NCBI GenBank assembly: GCA_965215015.1
Contig: OZ244042.1
Coordinates: forward strand, 1,632,001-1,696,000
Reading direction: 5' to 3'
Source of the DNA: Candidatus Poribacteria bacterium
GTDB taxonomy: Bacteria; Poribacteria; WGA-4E; PCPOR2b
DNA length: 64,000 nucleotides
The notes beneath the pieces were generated by a model. That model was not told the DNA's origin. It made no database searches and saw only the letters and a program-made list of their open reading frames with translations. Shown here piece by piece: positions 31,354 to 40,730 of the stretch (position 1 is the stretch's first letter; the number at the start of each line of letters is the position of its first letter). The position numbers were made by a program, and so were the translations under genes.

Positions 31354-32409
31354 TCAACCGATCAATCTGTCTGTTGTGAAAAACGTCCGCTGCGGATAGA
31401 TATCTTGAAGAATCGAGATCGCTGAATCGGTATAGAGGGCATCGACACAACTGCCACGAATCCGAATCATGCCTTCGATGTTCCCGCGCATATACGGATC
31501 GGTACTCACCGCTTTGTTCCAAACACTTCCAAGTATCCCGCGTGGTTCGATTGCCTTCGGATCATGCCCGAAAGCACACCGCTCAATCTCAAACTGGTTG
31601 AATAGTAGTTCCACCTGTGATGCCTCCGCCCACCAGCGGCGTGAGCCAACGGGACTAGTCAGCGAGTGATTGGCTGCTAACAACGGATGATCAAATTTAC
31701 CTCCCTGCTGGAGGACCTCAAACTGATTATTCAGGTGGTCGACGCCACCATCAAACCCAATTGGCGGTCCGGCGTGGAAAAACCCCCATTCCTCTGCCCG
31801 ATAAGCAACCGGCAGCCGTTCAATCCATTCTAACGTTCCATCCGCCTCAATGATGCGGAGAAATAGAGACCACACCTCCCAAAGATCTGAGGTGAAGGTT
31901 AAAGACTCTCGACTTGTCGGAGCGGGGTGGTTAAGCTGCCACCGTTGTGTTGCTCGCTGAATCAGTAAATCTGAATCGAGATCGGATTTTGCGATTGCCT
32001 GATAAATATATACAATCGTCTGCATCGAGAGTGAGTCAATTTGCAGACGCTGCAACAGATTGTCCAATTCTTCGTTTGCCCCTGCCCATGAAGCAATCGT
32101 CTGCCAGTATTCAGGATTTGCCAACCATTTTTGGCGATGATACGGATCGTGAACAGCGCGCAGCAGGAGGAGTTCGTGGTTTCCGAGAAGCGCAACAACC
32201 TGATCAGGCACCTGACATTCCAGTGTGCGAATCAAATTGATGACCTGCTTGGAATCGGGACCGCTTGTAACATAATCTCCAAGGAGAAACAGACATGCCT
32301 CTCCACCGAGCCATTGATCGCTTTCATCAATTAACTGGGCATGCAGAAGCAGGTTACGAAAAGCTCGGTAGTTACCATGGATATCTGAAATAATATACCA
32401 TAAACGCAT
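31354..32409 (-). CDS. Calcineurin-like metallophosphoesterase (Shewanella-like PPP phosphatase type)
   Basis: SDIHG, LGDYV, LLGNHE, FHAG, FGHD. Confidence 0.85.
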   Translation of the reverse strand: MRLWYIISDIHGNYRAFRNLLLHAQLIDESDQWLGGEACLFLLGDYVTSGPDSKQVINLIRTLECQVPDQVVALLGNHELLLLRAVHDPYHRQKWLANPEYWQTIASWAGANEELDNLLQRLQIDSLSMQTIVYIYQAIAKSDLDSDLLIQRATQRWQLNHPAPTSRESLTFTSDLWEVWSLFLRIIEADGTLEWIERLPVAYRAEEWGFFHAGPPIGFDGGVDHLNNQFEVLQQGGKFDHPLLAANHSLTSPVGSRRWWAEASQVELLFNQFEIERCAFGHDPKAIEPRGILGSVWNKAVSTDPYMRGNIEGMIRIRGSCVDALYTDSAISILQDIYPQRTFFTTDRLIG

Positions 32410-32473
32410 AAGTAATTACACGAGGGGTGCTCCTAATAGGTTTTGATGCGTATACTTCTCAATACCTTCCATG

Positions 32474-32527
32474 CGTAGGGGGTGGGTCTGCCAACAACCC
32501 ATCTGGCTTGGGAACCAAGCCGCTACG
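32474..32527. repeat. Inverted REP doublet
   Basis: CGTAG...GGTGGG/CCCATC and GGCTTGG/CCAAGCC...CTACG. Confidence 0.6.
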
Positions 32528-32656
32528 ATTGACCTAGGTGCCCTCGCTTGAATTCAGCTATAATGTGTCTCGAATTATGCACACCCCTTCATTACACAAA
32601 GTAGTCTACTCTCAAGAAATTTCTAAAGCAAATCAAGAATCGGTAGATGTGTCATT

Positions 32657-34030
32657 TTATTTAATATTGTGCATGTAGATATCACCGATATCGCTGCGGG
32701 CATCGCTCCACACAACGCTCAATTTCCCCAGCTCAGATTCCACAACATAGGGCGGCTGCTGCACACCGTCTGCCGTGCATAGCGGAATTCCATTTTCAGT
32801 CCAAAGGGTCTTTCCTTCTAAATTGATTTTCTGTCCGTAGATAGCGTCATTGCTATCATCACCGTAATCTTCCCGAAAATCTAGCCACGCAACAAAAAAA
32901 TTGTTTTCGTCATACCGGGTTAGAAATGGTTTGTCCTGATACCCTCCAGCTGCACACAGGGGGATTCCGTTGAGTGTCCACCGAGGGGTGCCATCAGCAC
33001 CGATTCGTTGAGCATAAAGATCTGAAAAAATGTCCCGCTCATCTCGCCAGACAGCTACCACTCCCCCGCGCCCATCGCTCGTAATTGCAGCATTTTTTTG
33101 AATACCCTCTGCATCGCAGATCGGCACACCACTTAGCTCCCAAACCTTGCTTCCCGATGCGTCTATCCGCTGGGCGTGGAAATCATCGTTGATAAAATTC
33201 TCGTAAATCTGCCAGACGATGATAAGTCCACCTTGCCCATCGGTCACCGTACGCGGCTCGCCCTGCAATCCTTCCATCGGTGAAACAACTATTGGTGCCT
33301 GCCAGCGGTGCTTGCCGTCCATGCCTATTCGGTGCGCCATGATATCCCACTGTTCGTAACCGATGACCTCCCACCAGACGACGTAGAAGCTATCTGCATC
33401 GCCGGGTACCAGCCGGGGAGTGCTCTGAAGTGCTTCGGATGGAAATACCGGTACACCATCAAGTTCCCACATCGGTTGACCGTTCATGTTAATTCGTTGG
33501 ACATAAAGGTCGTGAAGGTCGGGGTCTCGACGCCGGTCTTTCCAAACGATAATCGCTCCGCCTGATCCATCGCTCAGAATTTCTATATCAGATTGGTCTG
33601 CCGGGTGTGTACATACGGGAACACCCCCGTTGGGTATCAGCTTATTTCCTGATAGATCAATCACTTGAGCGTAGACATCCCAATTCTCCGGGGCGCGTTG
33701 ATCTGTCCAAGCGATAATTATGAAATCCTCGTTACGCACCAGCCGTAACCATCGCTGATCCCGTTTTTTTTCGCAAATTGCTATGCCTCCTTCCGTCCAT
33801 AAAGAGATGCCATCAACGTTGAACCGTTGGGCGTAAACGTCCCAATCCTTCTCAGTGCGGAAGTCCTCCCATATGACAACTGTGCCGCCAACGCCATCGC
33901 TGACCCCCCGCGGCGCAAATTGGCCTTGAGGGGCAATCGCAATGGGGATGTTCTCTGAAGCATCGGCTAGCATAGAGCCGAACAGAAGGAGCGTGCCGAA
34001 TAACATCAACCACGAACGTATCTGTTTCAT
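32657..34030 (-). CDS. Secreted repeat (beta-propeller-like) protein
   Basis: Signal peptide; about 7 repeats of DGxGGxIxVWxDxR...DxYAQRI...W..xGxPxC. Confidence 0.85.
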   Translation of the reverse strand: MKQIRSWLMLFGTLLLFGSMLADASENIPIAIAPQGQFAPRGVSDGVGGTVVIWEDFRTEKDWDVYAQRFNVDGISLWTEGGIAICEKKRDQRWLRLVRNEDFIIIAWTDQRAPENWDVYAQVIDLSGNKLIPNGGVPVCTHPADQSDIEILSDGSGGAIIVWKDRRRDPDLHDLYVQRINMNGQPMWELDGVPVFPSEALQSTPRLVPGDADSFYVVWWEVIGYEQWDIMAHRIGMDGKHRWQAPIVVSPMEGLQGEPRTVTDGQGGLIIVWQIYENFINDDFHAQRIDASGSKVWELSGVPICDAEGIQKNAAITSDGRGGVVAVWRDERDIFSDLYAQRIGADGTPRWTLNGIPLCAAGGYQDKPFLTRYDENNFFVAWLDFREDYGDDSNDAIYGQKINLEGKTLWTENGIPLCTADGVQQPPYVVESELGKLSVVWSDARSDIGDIYMHNIK

Positions 34031-34122
34031 GTTTTACTCACATCCGTATCGTGTTAAGCGCAGGCGGCGTGTGTAGCCAGGATAAACTTGAGGATTTGGA
34101 GGACCATTTCAGCAGGCACGAA

Positions 34123-34923
34123 CTATTGAGGCGAATTTGCGGTCAGGTCGTCACTTGTTATCGTCGGGCACCAGAACTTCTCAATATATGCGATAATCAA
34201 TTGCGTTCCCTCCTCGTGGCTGACATAAGGGGGCTTAAACGGATTGTACATTGCATCCGTGAGATCCCGAACCAACGCAACGTTGAACTGCCCGGATCGA
34301 ACCATCGCTTTAATCGCGAAAGATCTACCTAGCACACACATATTGGTGTGGACACCCATATAGAGCAGATTCTTGATCCCCTTTTGCATAAGGAGGTTAT
34401 AGACCTCTTGGCCATTGTCGCTGATGGCATCCCCAGCCTTAATCTCAATCGCCGAGTGTTGACGGTGCCATGCTTTGAAACTGTTTTCCTCGCCGGTATC
34501 TGAACCGCCATCCGATGAATCAACTGGCTGGGGCGGGTCTGGATGCTCGATCGGGTTGGGCATTTCTACATGTGGAACATCAAGTACCCAAGCCCGCGCG
34601 GGGTGTCCGTCGTAGAAATCCATTGTATCTGAGGGCGCGTGAATAATCTGTATCCCTCGATCTCTGGCGGTATCAATGACGACGTTCATTCGTGGTGCCA
34701 TGATATTTACTCGCTCTGTTGCACCCCATGACCAGTGTTTGTTCCACATATCCACGATAATAATCGCTGTTTCGGACAGCTGCCAGAGGGCCTCCTCTTC
34801 GACAACTCGCCAACCGTTGCGTCCGGTCGTTTTAGGTGCCTGCCGCAGGGTTGTTAATTGTAGTGCGTTATTATGGGTGAGCCCGCTTGCCCCAGATGCG
34901 ATGAGTGGAATATTGGCTATCAT
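34123..34923 (-). CDS. Isochorismatase/nicotinamidase family protein
   Basis: AIIIVDMW, IIHAPS, GVHTNMCV, RDLTD. Confidence 0.85.
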   Translation of the reverse strand: MIANIPLIASGASGLTHNNALQLTTLRQAPKTTGRNGWRVVEEEALWQLSETAIIIVDMWNKHWSWGATERVNIMAPRMNVVIDTARDRGIQIIHAPSDTMDFYDGHPARAWVLDVPHVEMPNPIEHPDPPQPVDSSDGGSDTGEENSFKAWHRQHSAIEIKAGDAISDNGQEVYNLLMQKGIKNLLYMGVHTNMCVLGRSFAIKAMVRSGQFNVALVRDLTDAMYNPFKPPYVSHEEGTQLIIAYIEKFWCPTITSDDLTANSPQ

Positions 34924-34960
34924 TGTGCAGCCTCCTTACTTCCTCGATTGCTTGTGTTTT

Positions 34961-36202
34961 TTATGAAATTTCCCTCACCATGAACGTTGCATACACCTTT
35001 GTAGTCTTAACCAGATCCGATACACTGACCCGCTCGTTCATACCGTGGGCCCCCTGTCCATTGGGCCCATAACCAACGCCGGGCAGTCCACCCTCTTCGA
35101 CGAAGAAATGCAAATCGGTAAAGCCGCTTGTCGTGCTGAACTTAGTTGGTTGATGACGTATGCTACGCACTGCTCGTGCAAATGCTTGGGGAAAGTGATG
35201 TTCTGGCTCCACAACACACGGTTCAATCTTTAATATCGAAGCCACGTCTACCTTCAATTCCGGGTCAGATTGACAGGCCTCCTGAATCGCCCCACGCAGT
35301 TCCGCTTCCGCTGCTGCCAAACGCTCGTTGGGGAGGATTCTCCGATCTATGGAGAAGGTTGTCTGGGCAGGAACGGTATTGACCTTATCCCCTTCCGTGC
35401 CGTGAAAGATACCACCGATGTTAACTGTGGGGTATCGGTCATCACCCGAAAAGGTTTTGAAAACACGGTCCGACTCTTTCAAACCCTGCTTCAAGGGTTG
35501 GATCCCCGTGACGAGAGCGGCTGACTTTTCAAAAGCGTTTAACCCCTTGTCTGGATTGGCGGCATGTGCTGCTTTGCCGTAGACTTTCACTTCTAGCCAC
35601 AATACACCGTTGTGTCCCAAACCGATGTTGAGAACGGATCCGCCTTCGCAATTGACGACGTAATCCGCTTGGACCAACCCGTTGCGTACGACGTAGCCTG
35701 CCCCTAACTCGCCACCAATCTCTTCGTCGCAGGTGAGTGAACATTCGATATTGAAAGCAGGCTGGACACCGCTTTCCTGTAGTGCTGCAACCGCAAACAG
35801 CAGCGCGGCGATGGAATCCTTCATGTCGTCTGCTCCCCTGCCGTAGAGCCAATCCCCGACAATCTCTGGCTTAAATGGATTGATGCGCCAATCGCCGGAG
35901 ACAGGCACAACATCGTAGTGGGCATTGAAATGGACGGTTTTTTCTGCCCCAACGTCCCACCTCGCGAGTAGGTTCAGGCGCGGATAATTGTCGGCGTGTG
36001 GTACAATCGCTTGCGCTTCCGCCTGAGGGACTGGCACAATCTGTGTACTCATGCCGAGCACTTCGCACCGTTCCTGAAGCAGCTGGACGATTTCTGTGTA
36101 GTTTGTACCGGGCGGATTCACAGTGGGAATCCTGACCAATTCTTTCAACGAATCACAAAGCCTTGCCTTGCCCTGTTCGATGTAGTTGTATATCTTTTGC
36201 AT
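34961..36202 (-). CDS. M20 family metallopeptidase (ArgE/DapE-like)
   Basis: NAHYDVVP, GRGADDMK, DEEIGG, AHGMNE. Confidence 0.92.
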   Translation of the reverse strand: MQKIYNYIEQGKARLCDSLKELVRIPTVNPPGTNYTEIVQLLQERCEVLGMSTQIVPVPQAEAQAIVPHADNYPRLNLLARWDVGAEKTVHFNAHYDVVPVSGDWRINPFKPEIVGDWLYGRGADDMKDSIAALLFAVAALQESGVQPAFNIECSLTCDEEIGGELGAGYVVRNGLVQADYVVNCEGGSVLNIGLGHNGVLWLEVKVYGKAAHAANPDKGLNAFEKSAALVTGIQPLKQGLKESDRVFKTFSGDDRYPTVNIGGIFHGTEGDKVNTVPAQTTFSIDRRILPNERLAAAEAELRGAIQEACQSDPELKVDVASILKIEPCVVEPEHHFPQAFARAVRSIRHQPTKFSTTSGFTDLHFFVEEGGLPGVGYGPNGQGAHGMNERVSVSDLVKTTKVYATFMVREIS

Positions 36203-36467
36203 AATCACTTCCTTTATGGTGTTGCGGCTGGCAGACCGGAGGCTTTACTAACGCAAGTTGCTAGTTGAAAAACAGGGTTAAAAATTCTCGGAATTTTCAT
36301 GGTTTTCATAGTTTTGTGAAGAATTGGATAAAGCTAAAAAAGTGGGAAACCCATGCTATGACTCGTTTCTGTGCAATTTACGCGGGAACGCTGCTTGGAC
36401 ATACTATGAAATCCAGGGCGTTCCTATCTCTGACGCCTGGCTGATTAAAGTGGCAACTTGCGTCTTA

Positions 36468-37685
36468 CTATTCTGTAATTTCCGTTACAACTCCCATCCC
36501 AATCTTCGCTCCCATCTTCTTAATCTCGAACCGCGTGCCGATTTCTAGTGCCATCGGTACATCAAGCGAAATTCGTACGGTTGCGTGTTCGCCCGGATTG
36601 ATAATGGCAACCTCCAACGAAAGGTGAAGATGCCCTGTGACATCGATTGTCCAGAGATGAATCTCCGGTTTATCGTTCCCAACGAGGGGGATATGTGTTC
36701 CGCACTCCTCTTGGGTCATCACGTAAACCACCGCCTCAAATTCGGTGTGTGACTTGATGCTCTTCGGTTGTGAAACAACCTGCCCCGGCGTAATCCACCC
36801 CATCTCTGCATCGACTTGGACTTCATCTCCTGCACTCTTACCCGCTTCGTTGTACTTTTCCCCTGCCGAGGAGGCAGCATCGCTATGCCGCAGACCGACG
36901 CAGCGGGTTTTGATACGATCCCCTTTGCCGACGACATCAACCGGGAGCCCGACAGCAAGACCGCCTTGTACCACCTGACCGTATAATGTTGAGGTGCCTT
37001 TGGGATTGTCAATGACCTTCTCAATTGGCATCAATAATGGCAATTCGAGTGGATTCAGCGGCTGCGGCATGCAACGATTCATTGCGAAGATAAAATCGAC
37101 AATCGGTTTCCAGTGATTTGAATTAAGATTTTGTCCCTTATAGTTAAATGCCTTTTCCCCATCGCCAATGATAATGGGCGACTCCTCAGCCACATAGCTA
37201 CAATCCGTGAGTATTTCACGAATCTCCATCTCGCAAATCTCGATTAATTCCGGATCTTTAACCTTCTCTGCCTTATTCAGAAAGGTGACAACCGTAGGGA
37301 TGCGAACTTGGCTCGCAAGCCGAATCTCGGCTTCGGCTTCTGCTGTCACACCATCAACTGCACTCACTACCAAAATTGCACCGCGAATGCCCGGCGAACC
37401 ACCAATCAGCATCTTGATGTTATCCCCGTGACTTAGTCCATCAATATGTGTGTAATGTCTACCGCTTGTTTCATAATCGACCACTTTATAACTGACGTAA
37501 GTTTGCTGTCCTATTGAATGATGCGTCGGTTGCTGTGCTTCAAAGTCACCCGCATCCATCTGCGTGGAGCCAATCCGTGAAACTACCTTGATTATCCCAG
37601 CAGTCAGCGTCGTTTTACCGTGTTCCACCCCGCCGAGTGTGCAGATTGTCAACCCGTGATGCCGATATTGCCTTTTTTCATCCAT
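36468..37685 (-). CDS. Divergent EF-Tu-like translational GTPase paralog
   Basis: GGVEHGKTTLT, DYETSGRHYTHID, AILVVSAVDG, FLNKAE, LLMPIEKV, HTEFEAVVYVM, GMGVVTEI; collinear with all three EF-Tu domains. Confidence 0.9.
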   Translation of the reverse strand: MDEKRQYRHHGLTICTLGGVEHGKTTLTAGIIKVVSRIGSTQMDAGDFEAQQPTHHSIGQQTYVSYKVVDYETSGRHYTHIDGLSHGDNIKMLIGGSPGIRGAILVVSAVDGVTAEAEAEIRLASQVRIPTVVTFLNKAEKVKDPELIEICEMEIREILTDCSYVAEESPIIIGDGEKAFNYKGQNLNSNHWKPIVDFIFAMNRCMPQPLNPLELPLLMPIEKVIDNPKGTSTLYGQVVQGGLAVGLPVDVVGKGDRIKTRCVGLRHSDAASSAGEKYNEAGKSAGDEVQVDAEMGWITPGQVVSQPKSIKSHTEFEAVVYVMTQEECGTHIPLVGNDKPEIHLWTIDVTGHLHLSLEVAIINPGEHATVRISLDVPMALEIGTRFEIKKMGAKIGMGVVTEITE

Positions 37686-38198
37686 CGCTTTCCTCTCTGA
37701 CGGAAATGTGGTAAGTCATGCGTCAAACGTAAAAAATACCCACACTGTGTCATATCATTCTTGGCTCATTGAGCCTAAACCAGTATGATACTATGCAAGT
37801 ATTCTTCAGTCCCATAGATCTGTGAACCCATTGTCTACCTACTCACTGCTCCAGCATGAAGATTGGATCGAAAGATAGCATTTCATATTTTACCATAGAG
37901 GAGAGGGTAGAGTCCATTAAAAGAAAATGGAAAGCGGCAAATCTTTAGGGATTTATCCAGATTTGTAGGGGCCAGCATGATAGTAGAGATATAGGGAGCC
38001 AGTTTTGTTCGACAACGGCCAAAGCCTCGGCACCCGGTGAGATTTTACCGGCGGCGAACCTAATAGTGTCTACCGTCCCCCCGGTTATTACAGGATTAAT
38101 CCAAATTCGACGAAAAAAATTTGAAAACTCCTAGTAGGAATTTGTGTCTATGATTATAGTATGGCTGCATTAGGAGAATTGCATCCGTTTTTTAGTTT

Positions 38199-38220
38199 GT
38201 AGTAGCGCAATTCATTGCGC
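38199..38220. repeat. GTAG-type REP (related copies at 53999-54020 and 54059-54080 on the minus strand)
   Basis: GTAGTAGCGCAATTCATTGCGC; compare GTAGTTGCCCGATTCATCGGGC and GTAGTAGCGCAATTCAACCCGC. Confidence 0.75.
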
Positions 38221-38433
38221 GTCACAAATCACCCTACTACATACCTGAGGGTTGCTTATAATAATTGTCTGAATCGCAGATTAAACAGATGATGCAGACT
38301 GCACGCGTACAGATAGGGGCCTCAGGCGGTAGACGGAACAAGATGCCCCACCGACGGGGTTGGGAGTTTAATGGCAGTTGGGCGTTATCCAAGCCATATG
38401 CGGTAACGGTTCTGGGGTTTACGGCACGGCGGA

Positions 38434-38730
38434 GTGTGCCTACTACTGCCACGGAAATACAATCTCGCACATTTCATTTTAGGGGGCGTTGTCGTTTTGG
38501 GCCTAATGCTGCTGATGATAGACTTTGAAGCACAAGCACAGATTGCCTTCGTGTCTGATAGGGATGGGAACAAGGAAATCTACGTGATGAACGCCGATGG
38601 CGCACGACAGGTACGAAGACGCACTAAAAATGGCCGTGAGAACATTAATCCTGCACGGTTTGCCCTTGCTTTTGCAGTTGAAGTTGCTCCCGCAGGTAAG
38701 ACGCTTACGATGTGGGGCTGGCTCAAATAG
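38434..38730 (+). pseudogene. Collapsed TolB/PD40-repeat secreted protein gene (internal deletion)
   Basis: Signal peptide, one [21 protein letters not shown] repeat, then directly the C-terminal [14 protein letters not shown] tail. Confidence 0.7.
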
Positions 38731-38806
38731 GTCAGATGATAACTACCATTATCACTGAAACTGCCCGGTGTTAAGAAAAACTTGACCGGTACGCCTCTAT
38801 TACCTA

Positions 38807-39466
38807 TCACATCCCAAGCTTCACCGAAGCGCGTTGATTCACAATCCGATCTCGTAACCCCGCAACGAGGGTCTGCAAAGCCACAGGATTCTCATCGAGA
38901 AAAGGCACAACGAGATCGGCATACTCCTTACACGGCTCGGTGTAGACCGAGAAATTGGGGATAACATCCCGACGATACCAAGCAACCGCCCCCTCAAGAT
39001 CGCCGCCGCGCTGTGCAACATCCCGTAACAGACGGCGCAGTACCCGCTCATGCGGTTCGACGTCAATGAAGAGTTTGACATCCATCAAATCTCTAAGCAC
39101 TCCATCCCACAAGATGAGATGTCCTTCAACGATGATCAGATCACTCGGTTGAATCGTGGCGGGGGCATCACCGCGTGCGAACGCCCGCGTCCCTTCGGGT
39201 GGTGTTTCAATCGGTTGACGCGCAATCAGTTGGTGGATATGTCCAAGCAGCATCTCCCACCGAACCGCATCCGGATGATTCGCAGTGATGATTTTCTCCC
39301 GTTCTTCCTGCGGGTATTCTGACCAATCTTTGAAGTAGCAATCTTGGTGAAGAATCACCGGCGAAAATTCTTTAAGCCCTTCCGCCAATACTTGCGCTAA
39401 TGTTGTTTTCCCTGATGCTGAACCGCCCGATATCCCAACCGTCACCGGTTTGAAGTTTTGGGGCAT
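38807..39466 (-). CDS. udk: Uridine kinase
   Basis: GISGGSASGKTT, HQDCYF, NHPDA, IIVEG, RRLLRDVAQRG, EPCKEYAD. Confidence 0.85.
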   Translation of the reverse strand: MPQNFKPVTVGISGGSASGKTTLAQVLAEGLKEFSPVILHQDCYFKDWSEYPQEEREKIITANHPDAVRWEMLLGHIHQLIARQPIETPPEGTRAFARGDAPATIQPSDLIIVEGHLILWDGVLRDLMDVKLFIDVEPHERVLRRLLRDVAQRGGDLEGAVAWYRRDVIPNFSVYTEPCKEYADLVVPFLDENPVALQTLVAGLRDRIVNQRASVKLGM

Positions 39467-39511
39467 GTACAACTCCTTCTCGCTAATCCAGTACGGTTGT
39501 TTCACAACTTA

Positions 39512-40426
39512 TCACGGATTATACTCCCAATTCGCTTTTCGGGTTCCGTATTTTGTTCCATTGATGACAGTCTGATGGCAGTTGAGGCAAGCGTTATAGG
39601 ATTTGACCCCATGACTCTCGTGGGCAAACTCAATCTCAGGGGTGTTGTGAACATGACAGGTGAGACAGGTATAAGCCTCGTACACAGCATCTGCATGGAC
39701 ATCTAACCGATCTCCCGCTTCCTCAACCATATATTCACCCTTGTTTTTTTTATCAGTTACCAGCCAGTGCTCCCCCTTCTCTCTCGTTGAAATCGTTGTT
39801 TGTCTAGAAAGGGAAGTCCCATGCAAATCAAATTCCCACTGCAAGTCCTCTGAAACAACCCCCCCGCTATCTAAATCGCTCTGAAAGCGCGGATCGATAC
39901 TAAACAGCAGTGCCTCCGACGTATGGCATTTCACACATGGGACATCGTGAACTTCTGTCAAAGGGAAAAATTCATCGTGATCTAATTTTTCTCTGCCGTG
40001 CAAGACAACGGTAAGCAGCAAGATTGGTGCGAGGGCAAGGTGGCAGCGGAGAAGAATGCGTCGGGCGTGGTGTGCAGTAAAACTGAGGGCAATGCCGGTC
40101 CCAAGGTTGAGTAGGGTTAGCGTAAACGCCAACCACGAGTGCCACGCAAGCGGTTGAGCCGCTGAGTGGATAAGAACAAGAGACAATCCTAACGATGCGA
40201 GCCTTTGATGGTATTTGAGCCAGACCTGTCGGCTTCCCCATCGGATTAACCGTGTCCGCAGAATATAGCCACTCGCAATGAAAATGATGAGGACACCGAT
40301 GATACTGAGCGTATGTCGCGCTTCGCCGAAGCTCGATCTGAGGATAAAGAAAAGGGATATAAGAATTGCCCCAACAACCCCTTGAGCAATTTGAACGAAT
40401 GGATTCATAAGCGGAAAAATTAACAA
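39512..40426 (-). CDS. Membrane protein with His-paired TM helices and three CxxCH heme c motifs
   Basis: About 5 TM helices with H-x13-H pairs; CVKCH, CLTCH, CLNCH; start codon uncertain (40426 or 40408). Confidence 0.75.
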   Translation of the reverse strand: MLIFPLMNPFVQIAQGVVGAILISLFFILRSSFGEARHTLSIIGVLIIFIASGYILRTRLIRWGSRQVWLKYHQRLASLGLSLVLIHSAAQPLAWHSWLAFTLTLLNLGTGIALSFTAHHARRILLRCHLALAPILLLTVVLHGREKLDHDEFFPLTEVHDVPCVKCHTSEALLFSIDPRFQSDLDSGGVVSEDLQWEFDLHGTSLSRQTTISTREKGEHWLVTDKKNKGEYMVEEAGDRLDVHADAVYEAYTCLTCHVHNTPEIEFAHESHGVKSYNACLNCHQTVINGTKYGTRKANWEYNP

Positions 40427-40698
40427 AAAAGCTGAGTCATGTGATAGGAGTGTAGTTTTAAGAGAAGCATTCCAGGCGATAGGTGAGGCGAGTACCGATC
40501 GAACCTCGAAGCGAATGAAAAATACTCAGGGAAACCACAATTTCCAAAATTGACCCAGCTTTCGATTTTTGGAGGCAAATGTAATTATATAATATGGACG
40601 CGCAATCTTTGTGCCAAAGTTGACATCCCGCTGAAGCCTTAAATAATTAGAACACAACTTTGTTAAGATGTCAAGTGTTGTGCAAATATTTAACGGTG

Positions 40699-40718
40699 GT
40701 GTTCAGATTTTGAACAGC
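40699..40718. repeat. 20-bp palindromic motif duplicated at 54167-54186
   Basis: GTGTTCAGATTTTGAACAGC is identical at both sites; TGTTCA-N5-TGAACA dyad. Confidence 0.75.
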
Positions 40719-40730
40719 CTGAACCCGCTT

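Noticed and set aside
36468-37685. EF-Tu paralog as SelB serving the UGA at 52081
   Set aside because: It lacks the C-terminal winged-helix SECIS-binding domain and SelB motifs, and lies 14 kb away; nothing in the sequence links the two.
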